Part shown: positions 37,619 through 47,465 of the stretch, piece by piece
Layout: the number at the start of each line of letters is the position of its first letter
How positions within the stretch are numbered: the first letter of the stretch is position 1
From: Chloroflexota bacterium
Lineage (GTDB): Bacteria > Chloroflexota > UBA11872 > VXOZ01
Reading direction: 5' to 3'
NCBI GenBank assembly: GCA_965216245.1
Contig: OZ244145.1
Coordinates: 1,804,097-1,868,096 of the forward strand
Length of the DNA: 64,000 bases
Made by a program: the position numbers and the translations under genes
The notes under the pieces: generated by a model
What the model saw: only the letters and a program-made list of their open reading frames with translations
The model's database searches: none
Told to the model about the DNA's origin: nothing

Positions 37619-38536
37619 TTATGCGCTGACCATCTCCCGCAGCCCGATCTGGGCTACTGCCGCGTGCACTGCGGCTTTGTCCTCGGGCGCCAGCTCGGCG
37701 AGCGGCGGGCGGACGGGGCCGCCGGCCAGGCCGATGGCCATCATCACCTCTTTCATCACGGTGACCTCGTAGCCGCGCACCTTATAGCGGATGTTGTAGA
37801 TCGGCAGGGTCTCGCGCTCGATTTTCGCCTGGAGCTCGCTGAACCGGCCCGCGCGCGCCAGATCGAGCGCCTCAATTGCGGATTTTGGATTATAGTTGGC
37901 GTTGCTGGAGGTGTAGCCCTCCGCGCCGGCCGCAAAGTAGGCGTGCAGCAGGTCGTCGCCTACGCCCGCCAGCCAGAGCAGCCTATCGCCCACGTGGGAG
38001 CGGATGCGCTGGAACATGCGCACGTCGCCCTGGCCGTCCTTGAAGGCCACGATATTGGGAATATCCGCGAGACGGTCGACCAAGTCCGGGCTGAGTTTGG
38101 CGTGGTCGCGCGCGTAGGGGAAGACGCCCAGGCTGGTGGCGTCCGCGATTGCCTTGTAATACTCGTAGAAGCCGTCGTCGCTCGCCTGCCCGTAGTAGGG
38201 CGGCATAATGAGGAGGCCGTCCACGCCGGCGCTCTCGGCGAACTGCGCCATCTCCGCGCCCACCGCCGGACTGACGCCCACACCCGCCAGCATGAGACAG
38301 CGGCCGTCTGCCGCCTCGACGGTCGCGGCGACCACGTCCTGCCACTCGGTAAACGTCAGCGAGAAGAACTCACCGGTGCCGCCCGCCGCCAACACGGCCG
38401 GAGAACCTTCACGCGCCAGGAAGTCTATGTTGCGGCGCAGGCCGTCGAGATCTAGGGAATAATCATCATTAAACGGGGTTACGGGAAACGGGATCACGGT
38501 GCGCAGACGTTCGCGCAGTTCCACTGGACTCATCAC
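37619..38536 (-). CDS. DapA/KdgD-family class I aldolase-type lyase (probable 5-dehydro-4-deoxyglucarate dehydratase-like)
   Basis: FPVTPF...AAGGTGEFFSL resembles the KdgD branch of the DapA family. Confidence 0.65.
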   Translation of the reverse strand: MMSPVELRERLRTVIPFPVTPFNDDYSLDLDGLRRNIDFLAREGSPAVLAAGGTGEFFSLTFTEWQDVVAATVEAADGRCLMLAGVGVSPAVGAEMAQFAESAGVDGLLIMPPYYGQASDDGFYEYYKAIADATSLGVFPYARDHAKLSPDLVDRLADIPNIVAFKDGQGDVRMFQRIRSHVGDRLLWLAGVGDDLLHAYFAAGAEGYTSSNANYNPKSAIEALDLARAGRFSELQAKIERETLPIYNIRYKVRGYEVTVMKEVMMAIGLAGGPVRPPLAELAPEDKAAVHAAVAQIGLREMVSA

Positions 38537-38779
38537 TGGCCAATGCTCCTTCTTTAGCTATGTGACCGCTTTAATGCCATTACTATCACAAGAATGCTAC
38601 GTCATATCGTACCAATGCGCGCCGGCAAATACCACCTGTACCGAGCGCTTTCCTGCTTTTGCAAAGCGATGCAGATAGACATGCACATCGGACGATTTCT
38701 CAGGCAGTCCTAAGTCTGAGCGCTTATAATTGAGGGGGATCATGACATCAGGTAATGAGAGAAGCATAAGGAGTCAGGC

Positions 38780-39499
38780 ATGCGGAGATTCTTTGTACTC
38801 GTATTCGTAATTGCTCTAATTCTCGGCTTGACGGCGTGCGGCGGGGACGAGCCGGAGGTGGAATCCACTGTAGCGCCAGCGGCGACCGAAGCCCCGGCGG
38901 CGACGGCGGAGCCAGCGGCAACTCAAGCACCAGAGCAAAAAGATAGCAGCACTCCAGCCAATATTGTCTTTACCATCGATCCGGCGCGCTCCACTGCCCG
39001 CTACCTGATTCGCGAGCAACTCGCGAGTGTGACCTCGCCCAGTGACGCCATCGGCGAGACCATGGACGTTACCGGCACAATCGTGCTGGATGCAGAGGGT
39101 AACGTGGTGAGCGAGGATTCGCAGATAGTTGTAGGACTGGCCGGTCTGTCCAGCGACTCGTCCCGGCGCGACAGCTATGTCAAGCGCAACACCCTGCAGA
39201 CGGACCAGTATCCCAATGCTACGTTCGTGTTGAAAGAGATTCAGGGACTGCCCTGGCCGCTGCCGACGTCCGGCGAAGTGACGGTGCAGATGGTGGGCGA
39301 CTTCACTATCCAAGAGCAGACCAGCGAGGTGACCTGGGAGACGGTCATTCAGGTCGGAGCCGGCGAGTCAACTGGCACCGCCAAGACGACTATCACCTTC
39401 GAGCAATTCGGCTTGACCAAACCGCGCGTGGCCGTGGTGTTGAGCGTGACCGATGAGATTCGCCTGGAGATTGACTTCACCATCGTGCGAGAGAAGTAA
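38780..39499 (+). CDS. YceI-like family lipoprotein
   Basis: LTACGG lipobox; RSTARYLIREQL...YPNATF pattern typical of YceI-like domains. Confidence 0.7.
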   Translation: MRRFFVLVFVIALILGLTACGGDEPEVESTVAPAATEAPAATAEPAATQAPEQKDSSTPANIVFTIDPARSTARYLIREQLASVTSPSDAIGETMDVTGTIVLDAEGNVVSEDSQIVVGLAGLSSDSSRRDSYVKRNTLQTDQYPNATFVLKEIQGLPWPLPTSGEVTVQMVGDFTIQEQTSEVTWETVIQVGAGESTGTAKTTITFEQFGLTKPRVAVVLSVTDEIRLEIDFTIVREK

Positions 39500-39717
39500 C
39501 AGGCTCCGGGAAAATTAGCGTAGACAGCCACATTGCCCTTCGAAATCCTTTTGATCGTTCGGCTGGTGCATTACCAGCGTTGTTGAAGTTGAGTTGGGCG
39601 TATATGTGTAGGAAAGACCCGTTCGTGCTGACCCTGTCGAGGTACGGTCGGGTCTATCTTATCTGTGGAATTCGTATTCGTCTCCCAGGACACTTATGAG
39701 GATTCAGAAAAGACAAA

Positions 39718-40173
39718 ATGCGGTTTTTCTATCCCGCACTCCTGCAACGTGTAAGCGAGGACGAGGTCGTCGTCTCTTTCCGTGATTTACCGGAATGTCG
39801 GACAGCCGGTAGTGACGAAGCCGAGGCGTTCGTTGAGGCCCAAGATGCGCTTGCTGAAGCGATCGCCGGACGGATTGATGATGACGAAGTGATTCCAGAA
39901 CCTAGCGCACAGGTTGGCGACGAGCACTACGTCGCTGTTCCTGCCAAAGTTGCTGCAAAGGCTGCGCTCACAATCGCGTGCCGGCAAAGCGGACTCCCCC
40001 TAGATTCGCTCACGGGAGTCCTTGGTGTGGATCAGGAAGCGGTTTGCCGATTGCTCGACCCGCGACAGAGCACAGACACAGACAGCATAAACCGGGCACT
40101 GCGAATCCTTGGCAGCGAACTCGTGCTCGAAGTGCGCGCACTCGCCCAGCTTTCCGGCGAGCGGAGCGCATAG
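39718..40173 (+). CDS. HicB-like antitoxin-family protein with C-terminal HTH region
   Basis: N-terminus MRFFYPALLQRVSEDEVVVSFRDLPECRTAGSDEAEAF... fits the HicB/UPF0150 pattern. No convincing hicA partner seen. Confidence 0.5.
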   Translation: MRFFYPALLQRVSEDEVVVSFRDLPECRTAGSDEAEAFVEAQDALAEAIAGRIDDDEVIPEPSAQVGDEHYVAVPAKVAAKAALTIACRQSGLPLDSLTGVLGVDQEAVCRLLDPRQSTDTDSINRALRILGSELVLEVRALAQLSGERSA

Positions 40174-40222
40174 CAGCACAGAAGCATCGACCAGCCTACG
40201 CGACAGACCCAATTCTCATTGC

Positions 40223-41119
40223 CTAGAGTCCCAGCACGCGCTCGGCGTTGCCTTGCGTGATCGCGTGGTATTTCTCTTCCGAGTCGCAATACTCTTTGAG
40301 TAAGGGCAGGGTTTGCGAAGCAAAGCATGGACGCGGCCTCACGCCTTCCCAGTTGCCTTTGCCGTCCAGGCAGTGGCAGTCGGTGGCCCAGAGGAGCTGA
40401 TTCCAGTGGCGATTCACGAACTCTGCGCCGAACTCCGGGTCGCGGGAAATCGCATTGAGACCGGAACCGGCTGACATGTCCCCATAGAGGTTAGGATACT
40501 TTGACAGCCATTGGTCGCTAAGGCCGCCGCGCACCACCGGACCCGGCGGGTAGCTCGTGTAGCCCTCGGCGCGCCAATCACGGGGCACCTCGGCGCTCAC
40601 GTTCGCCCACCACGCCTGCGCGTGCGCCACGAAGATAGTGTCCGGAAAGGCTTCCAGCACCTGGTCGAACTGCTCGAAGTTGTAGTTGTAATTGCGGTAC
40701 TCGAAGTGGAGGAGCACCACCCATCCCAGCTTGCCGCAAAGCTCGTAGATATCCATGCTGTCCGGGTGGTCTACCGGTAGCCGCACCTTATGTTCGCCGA
40801 AACCCATGCAGCCCGCTTCGTGGTAACGGTGAATTTCGTTCAAAACGTCAGGGTGCAAAGGGTCTACGTGGCAGAATGGGATCACGACATCCGGAAAGCG
40901 GGCATAGGCCTGCAGCGCGTAGTCCGTGCGCATGGCCGACTGACGCTTACCCCAGTTCTCTTTCGACATAGCGGTGCTGTTGCCCTCATCGATGGGCAGC
41001 ACCACTGCCTTGCCGCCGCCGTGCGCATTAATGTGCGCAACGATGTGCTCGCCAGTGCGCGGATTGCCGGCGTCGTATTCCGTCGGCACCATGATGTGTT
41101 GATGAAAGTCAATCGGCAT
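40223..41119 (-). CDS. amidohydrolase-2 (TIM-barrel metal-dependent hydrolase) family protein
   Basis: N-terminal IDFHQH metal-binding start and TIM-barrel hydrolase length. Confidence 0.7.
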   Translation of the reverse strand: MPIDFHQHIMVPTEYDAGNPRTGEHIVAHINAHGGGKAVVLPIDEGNSTAMSKENWGKRQSAMRTDYALQAYARFPDVVIPFCHVDPLHPDVLNEIHRYHEAGCMGFGEHKVRLPVDHPDSMDIYELCGKLGWVVLLHFEYRNYNYNFEQFDQVLEAFPDTIFVAHAQAWWANVSAEVPRDWRAEGYTSYPPGPVVRGGLSDQWLSKYPNLYGDMSAGSGLNAISRDPEFGAEFVNRHWNQLLWATDCHCLDGKGNWEGVRPRPCFASQTLPLLKEYCDSEEKYHAITQGNAERVLGL

Positions 41120-41289
41120 AAACTTCTTACCTTTCTGCCCTATGCTACATCTGCATCACTAAACGCTCTTTGTTCTTGTCGCCAGCTATGGCTTTCACTT
41201 CTAGCCGCTTCCGGCCCTCGCTTCCTTTCCCGTATGGAAACGCTCTACACTGTGGCGGTATCAATGCTTTCAGGATCGGTATGCAACGA

Positions 41290-42279
41290 CTACAGCGCAA
41301 GTTCCTGCGGCCGTCCGGTCTCTATGGACTTGAAGAAGGCGTGCGCCAGGGCGGTGGCGCGGCGTCCGGCGTGGTGGTCGGCGCCAATGCGCCAGGGCGC
41401 GCCGGTCTGCAAGCAGTCGGCGAACTCAGCAAGCTCCTGGTGGAGTCCTTCCGGGTCTTCGTTGTCCGGCGCCTGGAGCGCCTCGATGCCGCCGGACTGC
41501 GGACCGGAGACCGTCGCGCGGTGGAGGCGGTCGTAGAGTTGCACGCTGATGCCGTCGGCCAAGACCTGGAAGAAGAACTTGGAAACCAGGCTCGTATCCG
41601 CCGCGTCGCCCTGGGTGACATTGGCCGCAGCACCGTTCGCAAAGCGTATTACGCCGGCCATATTGTCAGGATAGGTCTTGTCCGCGTGGGTATAGTTGCC
41701 TCCAACGGCGAAGACCTCCACCGGTTCCGCGCCGGCCAGGTAGCAAATGAGGTCGAAGGTATGGCAACCCTGAGAGAGGATATTGCCGCCGCCCTTAATC
41801 GGATCGACCGCCCAAAGCGTATCGGGCCAGCGGTTACACATCATCTGCCCCACGAGTAGAAACGGCTCCGGCACCAGCCGCCTGGCCTCCTGGACGAGGG
41901 GCGCAAAGCGCAGCTTGAAGCCCGTCATCAGGCGCACCCCGGCCTTTTCCACGGCTTCCACCACCGCGTCGCACTGGGGTACCGTCATGGACATGGGCTT
42001 TTCCATGAGGATGTGCTTGCCTGCCTGTGCCGCCGCCACACCGAAAGTGACGTGGGTATCGTGATTCGTGGCAATGAGCACGGCGTCGATGGCGTCGTCG
42101 TGCAGCACCCGGTTTGGGTCCGTCGTGGCGTAGGCCCCGCCGAATTCGTTGAGAAACGCGGTAGCGGCATCCACGCGAACGTCAGCAAAGCCGTGCAAAC
42201 GAATGCCGTCTAGTGCCACCGCATTATGCATGTGGCTCCGCGCCATATTGCCGCACCCAATCACACCCAGCGTAATCAT
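41290..42279 (-). CDS. Gfo/Idh/MocA-family NAD(P)-dependent oxidoreductase
   Basis: ITLGVIGCGNMA Rossmann start; the ORF track extends to 42309. Confidence 0.8.
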   Translation of the reverse strand: MITLGVIGCGNMARSHMHNAVALDGIRLHGFADVRVDAATAFLNEFGGAYATTDPNRVLHDDAIDAVLIATNHDTHVTFGVAAAQAGKHILMEKPMSMTVPQCDAVVEAVEKAGVRLMTGFKLRFAPLVQEARRLVPEPFLLVGQMMCNRWPDTLWAVDPIKGGGNILSQGCHTFDLICYLAGAEPVEVFAVGGNYTHADKTYPDNMAGVIRFANGAAANVTQGDAADTSLVSKFFFQVLADGISVQLYDRLHRATVSGPQSGGIEALQAPDNEDPEGLHQELAEFADCLQTGAPWRIGADHHAGRRATALAHAFFKSIETGRPQELAL

Positions 42280-42597
42280 GGCCTTACTGCACTCCTCTAG
42301 GGTTCGCACCCCAATAAACGCCCCGGCATCGGACCAGGCGTGATATGCATTGCTTGTGCGCTGCTACTGTTCAGTGTGAGCATATCATAGCCGCGGCACT
42401 GGCAGTTAGGACAAGAGAAGGATAGTTTTCGGTGTAGGGTGGGGCAAATAGTGATATCTGCATTGTAGATTGTGTGAGTGACAACAGCCGTATTCATGAA
42501 TGTGCTGGTTACGGCCCAACCGCTAGGCAGGATGACTGATAGACACAGGTTTTCGCTCTCTTGAGAAAGGGCTCGTTAAAAAGATGGAATTAACATC

Positions 42598-42633
42598 TTG
42601 ACATTCCCAATTCCATACATTGTATGGTATACT
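42598..42633 (+). promoter_or_regulatory. sigma-70-like promoter elements with embedded palindromes upstream of dnaG
   Basis: TTGACA at 42598, TATACT at 42628, palindrome CATACAtTGTATG between them, and GGAATT..AATTCC flanking the -35. The spacing between these elements is not canonical, so the exact -10 is unclear. Confidence 0.3.
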
Positions 42634-42784
42634 GGACGCAGTATGCCTCCCGCGCGTGACTTTCAGCCTAGGCGTTTGCAGGCGCGAACAAAGGGTGGTT
42701 CTAGAAACGCCGTTAGGCTGGCGGGCTTCCGCAATACTAGGATTTGCGCAACACGCGGACGGCAATGCAAGAGGTCCAGAATTC

Positions 42785-42822
42785 TCAGGATCGGGGTGGT
42801 GTTGCCCATGGTTCGATCCTGA
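42785..42822 (+). other. 9-bp-stem hairpin (TCAGGATCG...CGATCCTGA) upstream of dnaG
   Basis: Read directly from the sequence. It contains a GGTTCGATCC tRNA-T-loop-like segment, but no cloverleaf could be built. Confidence 0.5.
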
Positions 42823-42862
42823 GCCCCCGCATAGGGAATGTGAGGAAGGTAACCACACTCGT

Positions 42863-44728
42863 ATGGCGTTGCCTGTCGAGGATGTAAAAGCGCAAGTTCC
42901 CTTGGTGGACGTGGTGAGCGCGGCGGTGCGGCTGCAGCCCAGCGGCCGCTACCTTAAGGGACTATGCCCTTTTCACGAGGAAAAGACGCCCTCGTTCTTC
43001 GTTTTCCCCGAGCGCGGCACGTGGCGTTGCTTTGGCTGCGGCCGGGGCGGCGACGTGATCTCATTCGTCATGGAGCGCGAGAAAGCCACTTTCGTCCAGG
43101 CAGTGGAATCGCTTGCGCGTGAGGCCGGCATAGCCCTTTCGCGCCAAGATGAAGTCAAGCGGAGCCGCAATCAGGTACTCGCGCAGATCAACGTGGAAGC
43201 AGCGGAGCTCTTTCAACGCCTGCTCAACGAGTCGCCGGAAGCGGCGCGAGCGCGAGAATACCTGGCAGCGCGCGGCCTAGACAGAGATACTATCGCACGC
43301 TTCATGTTGGGGTATGCTCCTAACCGCTTCGATACCGTGCGCTCGCACTTGGGCCAGCTTGGCTATTCACCTGAGGACCTAATGCAAGCCGGACTGCTCA
43401 CTCAGGGCAATCGCGGGCCGTACGACCGGTTTCGCGGGCGGATCATGTTTCCCATTCGGGACGCGCGCGGCCGATTTTGTGGCTTTGGCGCGCGCACGCT
43501 GAGTGCCGAGATTCAGCCGAAGTACCTGAATACGGCCCAGACGCCGATCTTCGATAAGAGCGGTCTACTCTACGGTCTGGACCTCGCACAGCAGTCCATC
43601 CGCGAACGGAAGCAGTGCATCATTGTGGAGGGCTACACGGACGTTATGATGGCGCATCAGCACGGCGAGACGAACGTCGTCGCGAGCATGGGTACCGCCC
43701 TGACGGAGAAGCACGTGCAAGCCGTCAAGAGCCTTACCACGAACCTCGTCTTGGCGCTCGATCCCGACGCTGCCGGTAGTGCCGCCACCATGCGGGGACT
43801 AGAGGTAGCGCGCCGGACCTTCGATCGGGTGGACACACGAGTTTCTGTCGGCGACGTCATGCGCCTTGAAAGCACGCTGGAAGCGGATATTCGCATTGCC
43901 GTGTTGCCGGAGGGAAGAGACCCGGACGATTTGCTGCGCGAGGATAGTGCCGCGTGGCAGAAATGTGTCAACAATGCGGTGCCTTTCGTGGACTATGCGT
44001 TTCGGCTCATCGCGCAAGAGCATGACCTCAGCAGCACGCAGGGCAAGCGCGCGGCCGTGCAAGCTTTGGCCCCGCTCATCAACGATATTGGCGATCCTGT
44101 GGCACGGCAGCAGTATCTCAAGCGCCTGACGCAGGTGCTCGACTTGGGCATTCAGAGCGAAGTCTTGATGAACCTCATGCACACGCGCCGTCCGACGCGA
44201 CGTTCGCCGGCGCCTACGCGGCAAAATGGCGAGGACCGGACTGCCACCAATGGGCAAGAGCCGCCGGCAGACAGATTCGAGCAGTACCTGCTAGGATTGC
44301 TGTTTATGCATCCCGAGGCACACCATCTGGCGGCAGAGGTGATAGACGCTGAGGACTTTCGCCATTCACTCCATAGGCAAGTATACGAGCACATGGAAGC
44401 AGGGCAAGGAAGTGGCTCTGCCTCTCTAGAGGAGTTGGGGGATGAGACTATGCTCCGGCTGCTCGACGGACTGCGCCGGGACCGGAGCAATGAGCCGCAT
44501 ATCGATGAAGAGTATTTGCGTCCAACCGTGGTGGCGGCCGCCTTGCGGCTGAAGCGACGCAACGTACAGGAGGGGTATGAAGACCTGCAGCTTCTTCTAG
44601 CGAATGAACACGCCGACGAAAATAAGGCGCTTGGATCGCAGATTCGGCAGGAGATTCGCCGGATCGGCGAACAACTGCGCCAAATCAACCGCGCGCTAAA
44701 GCAAACGAGCTTCATCCGAACATCGTAG
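42863..44728 (+). CDS. dnaG: DNA primase DnaG
   Basis: CHC2 zinc finger CPFHEEKTPSF and TOPRIM EGYTDV motif. Start chosen at MALPVEDV; the ORF track starts at 42620. Confidence 0.85.
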   Translation: MALPVEDVKAQVPLVDVVSAAVRLQPSGRYLKGLCPFHEEKTPSFFVFPERGTWRCFGCGRGGDVISFVMEREKATFVQAVESLAREAGIALSRQDEVKRSRNQVLAQINVEAAELFQRLLNESPEAARAREYLAARGLDRDTIARFMLGYAPNRFDTVRSHLGQLGYSPEDLMQAGLLTQGNRGPYDRFRGRIMFPIRDARGRFCGFGARTLSAEIQPKYLNTAQTPIFDKSGLLYGLDLAQQSIRERKQCIIVEGYTDVMMAHQHGETNVVASMGTALTEKHVQAVKSLTTNLVLALDPDAAGSAATMRGLEVARRTFDRVDTRVSVGDVMRLESTLEADIRIAVLPEGRDPDDLLREDSAAWQKCVNNAVPFVDYAFRLIAQEHDLSSTQGKRAAVQALAPLINDIGDPVARQQYLKRLTQVLDLGIQSEVLMNLMHTRRPTRRSPAPTRQNGEDRTATNGQEPPADRFEQYLLGLLFMHPEAHHLAAEVIDAEDFRHSLHRQVYEHMEAGQGSGSASLEELGDETMLRLLDGLRRDRSNEPHIDEEYLRPTVVAAALRLKRRNVQEGYEDLQLLLANEHADENKALGSQIRQEIRRIGEQLRQINRALKQTSFIRTS

Positions 44729-44803
44729 ACGTCATGCTTTAGCAAAGACTCAGAGAATAGAAGCCGGCACACTTTGCACAGGGAGACCTGTGAAGGAGGA
44801 AAG

Positions 44804-46123
44804 ATGGCAGCGAATACAACTCAAACCGTTGTCCGGAACAAGACCGCCGTCAAGGGCAAAGTAAAGAAGGTTACGGCCAAGGCCGTGGTAACACCGGCTG
44901 AGGCTGCCGAGCCGATCGAGCTGGAAATCACCGAGGAAGACATCCGCAAACTCGTGAATCGCGGCAAGCGGCGCGGTCACCTGACGCAGGAAGAGCTGCT
45001 GGAGGCGTTCCCGGATATCGAGGCGGGCAGTGAGGAAGCTGAAGAACTCTTTTCGCAGTTTTCCGACCTCGGACTGAAAATACTTCCAGCCAATGAGGTT
45101 GACGATGACGACGATGAGGAGGATGATCGTTCTTCACCGAGCATGCCTGAGATCGTGGCCTTAGAGCGGGCGGCGCTCAAGGCAGCAAAAGGCACAGATG
45201 ATGAAGCCGGAACGCTCGATGATCCGGTGCGGACCTATTTGCGTGAGATTGGGCGCGTCCCGCTACTCAACGCTGCGCAGGAAGTAATGTTGGCCAAGCA
45301 GATGGAGAAGCGACTCTTCGCCGATGAGAGGCTGGAAAACCGCGACGGCATGCCCCTGGAGACAATTCGGCGTCTTGAGCGCGAGGTTGTTGTCGGCATA
45401 GAGGCGCGCAAACGCTTGACTGAAGCGAACCTGCGTCTCGTGGTGAGCATGGCCAAGAAATATGTGGGTCGCGGCATGTCGCTGCTGGACTTGATCCAGG
45501 AAGGCAACATCGGCCTCATTCGCGCAGTGGAGAAATTCGACTTCCGCAAGGGCTTTAAGTTCAGCACCTATGCGACCTGGTGGATTCGGCAAGCGATCAC
45601 ACGCTCCATCGCCGACCAGGCGCGCACAATTCGCATTCCCGTGCATATGGTGGAGACGATCAACAAATTGGTGCGCATCTCCCGACGCCTCGTCCAAGAG
45701 AAGGGCCGCGAGCCGACCTCGGAGGAGATTGGCGGAGAGATGGGTATTCCGTCGACTAAGGTGCGCGAGATCATCAAGGTGTCCCAGGAGCCGGTGAGTT
45801 TGGAAACACCCATCGGTGAGGAAGAAGACAGCCACTTGGGCGAATTCATCCCCGATGAGGCGACGATGTCTCCGGCGGATGCGGCGTCATACCAGATGTT
45901 GCGGGAACAAGTGGAAGCAGTCCTCAACTCGCTCTCCGATCGCGAGCGCAAGGTGCTGCGGCTGCGGTTCGGTCTGGAAGACGGCCGCACCCGTACCCTG
46001 GAAGAAGTGGGTCGCGAATTCAGCGTCACTCGCGAGCGCATCCGCCAGATCGAAGCCAAGGCCCTGCGCAAACTGCGCCACCCGGCCCGCAGCCAAAAAC
46101 TCAAGGACTACCTGGACCTGTAG
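44804..46123 (+). CDS. rpoD: primary sigma-70 factor RpoD
   Basis: Regions 1.2-4 present, including the [12 protein letters not shown] region-2.4 signature. GGAGGA RBS before the ATG at 44804. Confidence 0.9.
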   Translation: MAANTTQTVVRNKTAVKGKVKKVTAKAVVTPAEAAEPIELEITEEDIRKLVNRGKRRGHLTQEELLEAFPDIEAGSEEAEELFSQFSDLGLKILPANEVDDDDDEEDDRSSPSMPEIVALERAALKAAKGTDDEAGTLDDPVRTYLREIGRVPLLNAAQEVMLAKQMEKRLFADERLENRDGMPLETIRRLEREVVVGIEARKRLTEANLRLVVSMAKKYVGRGMSLLDLIQEGNIGLIRAVEKFDFRKGFKFSTYATWWIRQAITRSIADQARTIRIPVHMVETINKLVRISRRLVQEKGREPTSEEIGGEMGIPSTKVREIIKVSQEPVSLETPIGEEEDSHLGEFIPDEATMSPADAASYQMLREQVEAVLNSLSDRERKVLRLRFGLEDGRTRTLEEVGREFSVTRERIRQIEAKALRKLRHPARSQKLKDYLDL

Positions 46124-46139
46124 AAAAGGGACAAACGAA

Positions 46140-47363
46140 GTGCCCTTAACCAATCAGGACCGGGTTAGCAAAGCACTGGAGGCGCTGAAGGCTGGTCTTG
46201 CTCCGTTTGTGGAACGTGAGTTCAGGGCGCACTACAAGGGACAAAGCCAGCAGATACTGCAGCAAATGCCGGGCGTGAAGGTGGTCAATTGGCAACAGCC
46301 ATTTGGCCATCTGGATTCCTTGGCTCTCTTCAATGTCATGGAGAAATGTTGGAACGAGGTGTTTCGTAACGCACTTGGTCGCTCCGAACGCAGCTTGGTG
46401 GTTGAGTTACGTGAAGTCCGCAACCAGTGGGCGCATCAAGAGCCTTTCACGAGCGAAGACACCCTCAGGGCGCTAGATTCGTCGTATCGGCTATTGATTG
46501 CGGTCTCGGCAGAACTGCAAGCTGAAGAGATTCGCAAATCTAGAAACGAAGTCTTGAATATGCTCGCCCGCAGGCAGTCCCATTCCCTAGAGCAGAATGA
46601 GGCTATTACTAACGAGGGATTTCCAAGTCTCGGTTTGAAAAGCAATGACAAGGAGCGCTCTGTGAACATTGCTGGCAGACTGGACAAGTCCGTGATAGTC
46701 GTCATCGTGTGCGCTGCCAGCAAGAGGAGCGACGCCGGTTCCATGAGGCTTGCCAACGGCAAACTGGTTAGGTTCCTAGCCAATCCTGGGGCAATGCCAG
46801 TCGACGCCATGGATGCGAATTACGTCTATGCGCGCCCTGACGATATATCCGATTCCGGGGCTTCGTGGAGAGACCTATTGCAGGAATACAACCGGGAGTA
46901 CGAGAGAACAGGGGCCAATCCTAACCGCCTCTTGCCTGCATACAAGCTTTATAGCAATTCAATTTATCGTGAGTTGGTGAATTGGTGCGGCTTAGACCGC
47001 GTATTCATCCTCTCCGCTGGATGGGGATTGATTTCTGCCGCATTTCTAACGCCTCAATACGATATCACGTTTTCTCCGAACGCCGAGAAGTGGAAAAGGA
47101 GGGGAAAGCGTGACCGCTATAGCGACGCATGCCACCTTCCTGAAGAATTCGGAGGAACTATAGAGTTCTTTGGCGGCAAAAAGTACGCAGGTTTCTTTGC
47201 CGACCTTACCCGATCCCTCGATTGCCGAAAAATCGTGAGATACAATTCGGCATCTCCGCCATCTGCCCCAGGATGTGAGCTAATGAGGTACAGGTCCAGG
47301 GCCATGACAAACTGGTACTACCAGTGCGCGAGAAAACTCATTGACGGAGAACTGGACAACTAG
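46140..47363 (+). CDS. HEPN-like (Swt1/LS-HEPN type, RNQWAH) N-domain protein with uncharacterised C-terminal domain
   Basis: ELREVRNQWAHQEPFTSEDTLRALDSSYRLL matches the R-N-x3-H HEPN motif. Candidate GTG start 17 nt after the rpoD stop; the gene looks AT-richer than rpoD. Confidence 0.5.
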   Translation: MPLTNQDRVSKALEALKAGLAPFVEREFRAHYKGQSQQILQQMPGVKVVNWQQPFGHLDSLALFNVMEKCWNEVFRNALGRSERSLVVELREVRNQWAHQEPFTSEDTLRALDSSYRLLIAVSAELQAEEIRKSRNEVLNMLARRQSHSLEQNEAITNEGFPSLGLKSNDKERSVNIAGRLDKSVIVVIVCAASKRSDAGSMRLANGKLVRFLANPGAMPVDAMDANYVYARPDDISDSGASWRDLLQEYNREYERTGANPNRLLPAYKLYSNSIYRELVNWCGLDRVFILSAGWGLISAAFLTPQYDITFSPNAEKWKRRGKRDRYSDACHLPEEFGGTIEFFGGKKYAGFFADLTRSLDCRKIVRYNSASPPSAPGCELMRYRSRAMTNWYYQCARKLIDGELDN

Positions 47364-47465
47364 CCGGTCCTGGCGTTTTCACTAAAGTCAAGCCCAAACT
47401 GGTAAGTGTCGCAGACACTTACCACACAAAGCGCCTTCCGCTCATTCGGCGTTGACGTGGGATGC

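Noticed and set aside
37664-38455. 263-aa plus-strand ORF antisense to the DapA/KdgD-family gene
   Set aside because: It is antisense to a gene with clear family motifs, and its translation is low-complexity (Ala/Arg/Gly-rich).
39608-39706. 31-codon ORF upstream of the HicB-like gene as a possible HicA toxin
   Set aside because: It is too short and shows no similarity to the HicA KxGSHxxF core. It is left unannotated.
42785-42830. Possible tRNA, suggested by the GGTTCGATCC T-loop-like sequence
   Set aside because: No acceptor stem, D-arm or anticodon arm could be assembled on either strand. The segment is better explained as a simple 9-bp-stem hairpin.
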